Origin: Octopus bimaculoides
Lineage: Eukaryota
Length of the DNA: 33,901 nucleotides
Assembly (NCBI RefSeq): GCF_001194135.2
Contig: NC_069009.1
Span: 6,298,530 to 6,332,430 of the forward strand
Direction: 5' to 3'
The notes under the pieces are model-generated. The model did not search any database. It saw only the letters and a program-made list of their open reading frames with translations, and was not told the DNA's origin. How positions within the stretch are numbered: position 1 is the stretch's first letter; every line of letters begins with the position of its first letter. Below, in pieces: positions 33,120 to 33,901 of this stretch. The translations under genes and the position numbers were made by a program.

Positions 33120-33205
<86 letters not shown>

Positions 33206-33355
33206 ATCTATATATATATATATATATATACATACATATGTATATATGTATACTTACATATATGTAAATATATACACACATGCACATATATAGACATATG
33301 TGTAAATATATGCATATATATACACACACACATGTATATATATATAGATATATAT

Positions 33356-33505
33356 GTGGCTTTGTGGTAAGAAGCTTGCTGCTCAACCACAGCATTCCAG
33401 GTTCAATCCCATTTTGTGGAACCCTGGTTAAGTGTCTTCTACTGTAACTTCAGGCCGACCAAAGTCTTTGAGTGGATTCGGGAGATGGAAACTGAAATGA
33501 AGCCT

Positions 33506-33557
<52 letters not shown>

Positions 33558-33790
33558 TAGATGTGTGTGTGTATGTGTACATATAAGTGTCTTTGTGCCT
33601 GTTTTTGTCCTGTACCTCTGCTTAACCGGTGCTGGTGTGTTTACATCCCAATAAGTATGCGGTTTGGCAAATGAGATTGATAGGATAACAGGCTTAAAAG
33701 GAACAATGAAAACAAGTACTGGAGTCGATTCACTCAACTAAAATGCTTTAATGCATGCCCCAGCATGGTCACAGTAAAATAGCCAAAGGT
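33356..33790 (+). mobile_element. Diverged full-length SINE family A
   Basis: GTGGCTTTGTGGTAAGAAGCTTG...GGTTCAATCCC head, (TA)n middle, GGTGCTGGTGTGTTTACATCCC body. Confidence 0.8.
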
Positions 33791-33863
33791 AGAAGATATA
33801 TATAAATATATATATAAATATGAATCTGTATATGTGTGTGTATATATATATATGTATGTATGG

Positions 33864-33901
<38 letters not shown>

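Noticed and set aside
337-33737. Six-frame ORFs such as 5215-5700, 7981-8376, 24518-25045, 31540-32355 and all X-containing ORFs
   Set aside because: Translations of microsatellites, tandem arrays, SINEs or N gaps; no domain signal. Only the TE-derived ORFs at 22508-23234 carry real motifs.

Overview
Repeat-dense, AT-rich metazoan non-coding DNA from a gapped draft assembly. The SINE families and (TA)n/(TAA)n/(CATA)n microsatellite load suggest an octopus/cephalopod genome; this is inferred from remembered repeat sequences, not a search. No intact protein-coding gene is supported, and almost every ORF in the track is a microsatellite or N-gap artefact. The window holds about 30 tRNA-derived SINE copies of several families, plus relics of a mariner (DD34D) transposase, a Penelope-like GIY-YIG element, a CR1-type LINE tail, four RLE-type (R4/Dong-like) LINE 3' ends and a hAT-type MITE. 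Main discovery: six minimal type I hammerhead ribozyme (HHR) motifs from four sequence families lie within 13 kb (8795-8857 +, 9454-9519 +, 20675-20740 -, 20930-20995 +, 21570-21615 -, 21763-21808 +). Three of the four families sit in head-to-head inverted duplications. One is a pair of circularly permuted ~350-nt monomers, as expected if a retrozyme-like circular RNA was reverse-transcribed and integrated by Penelope-type machinery. All folding and alignment was done by eye.
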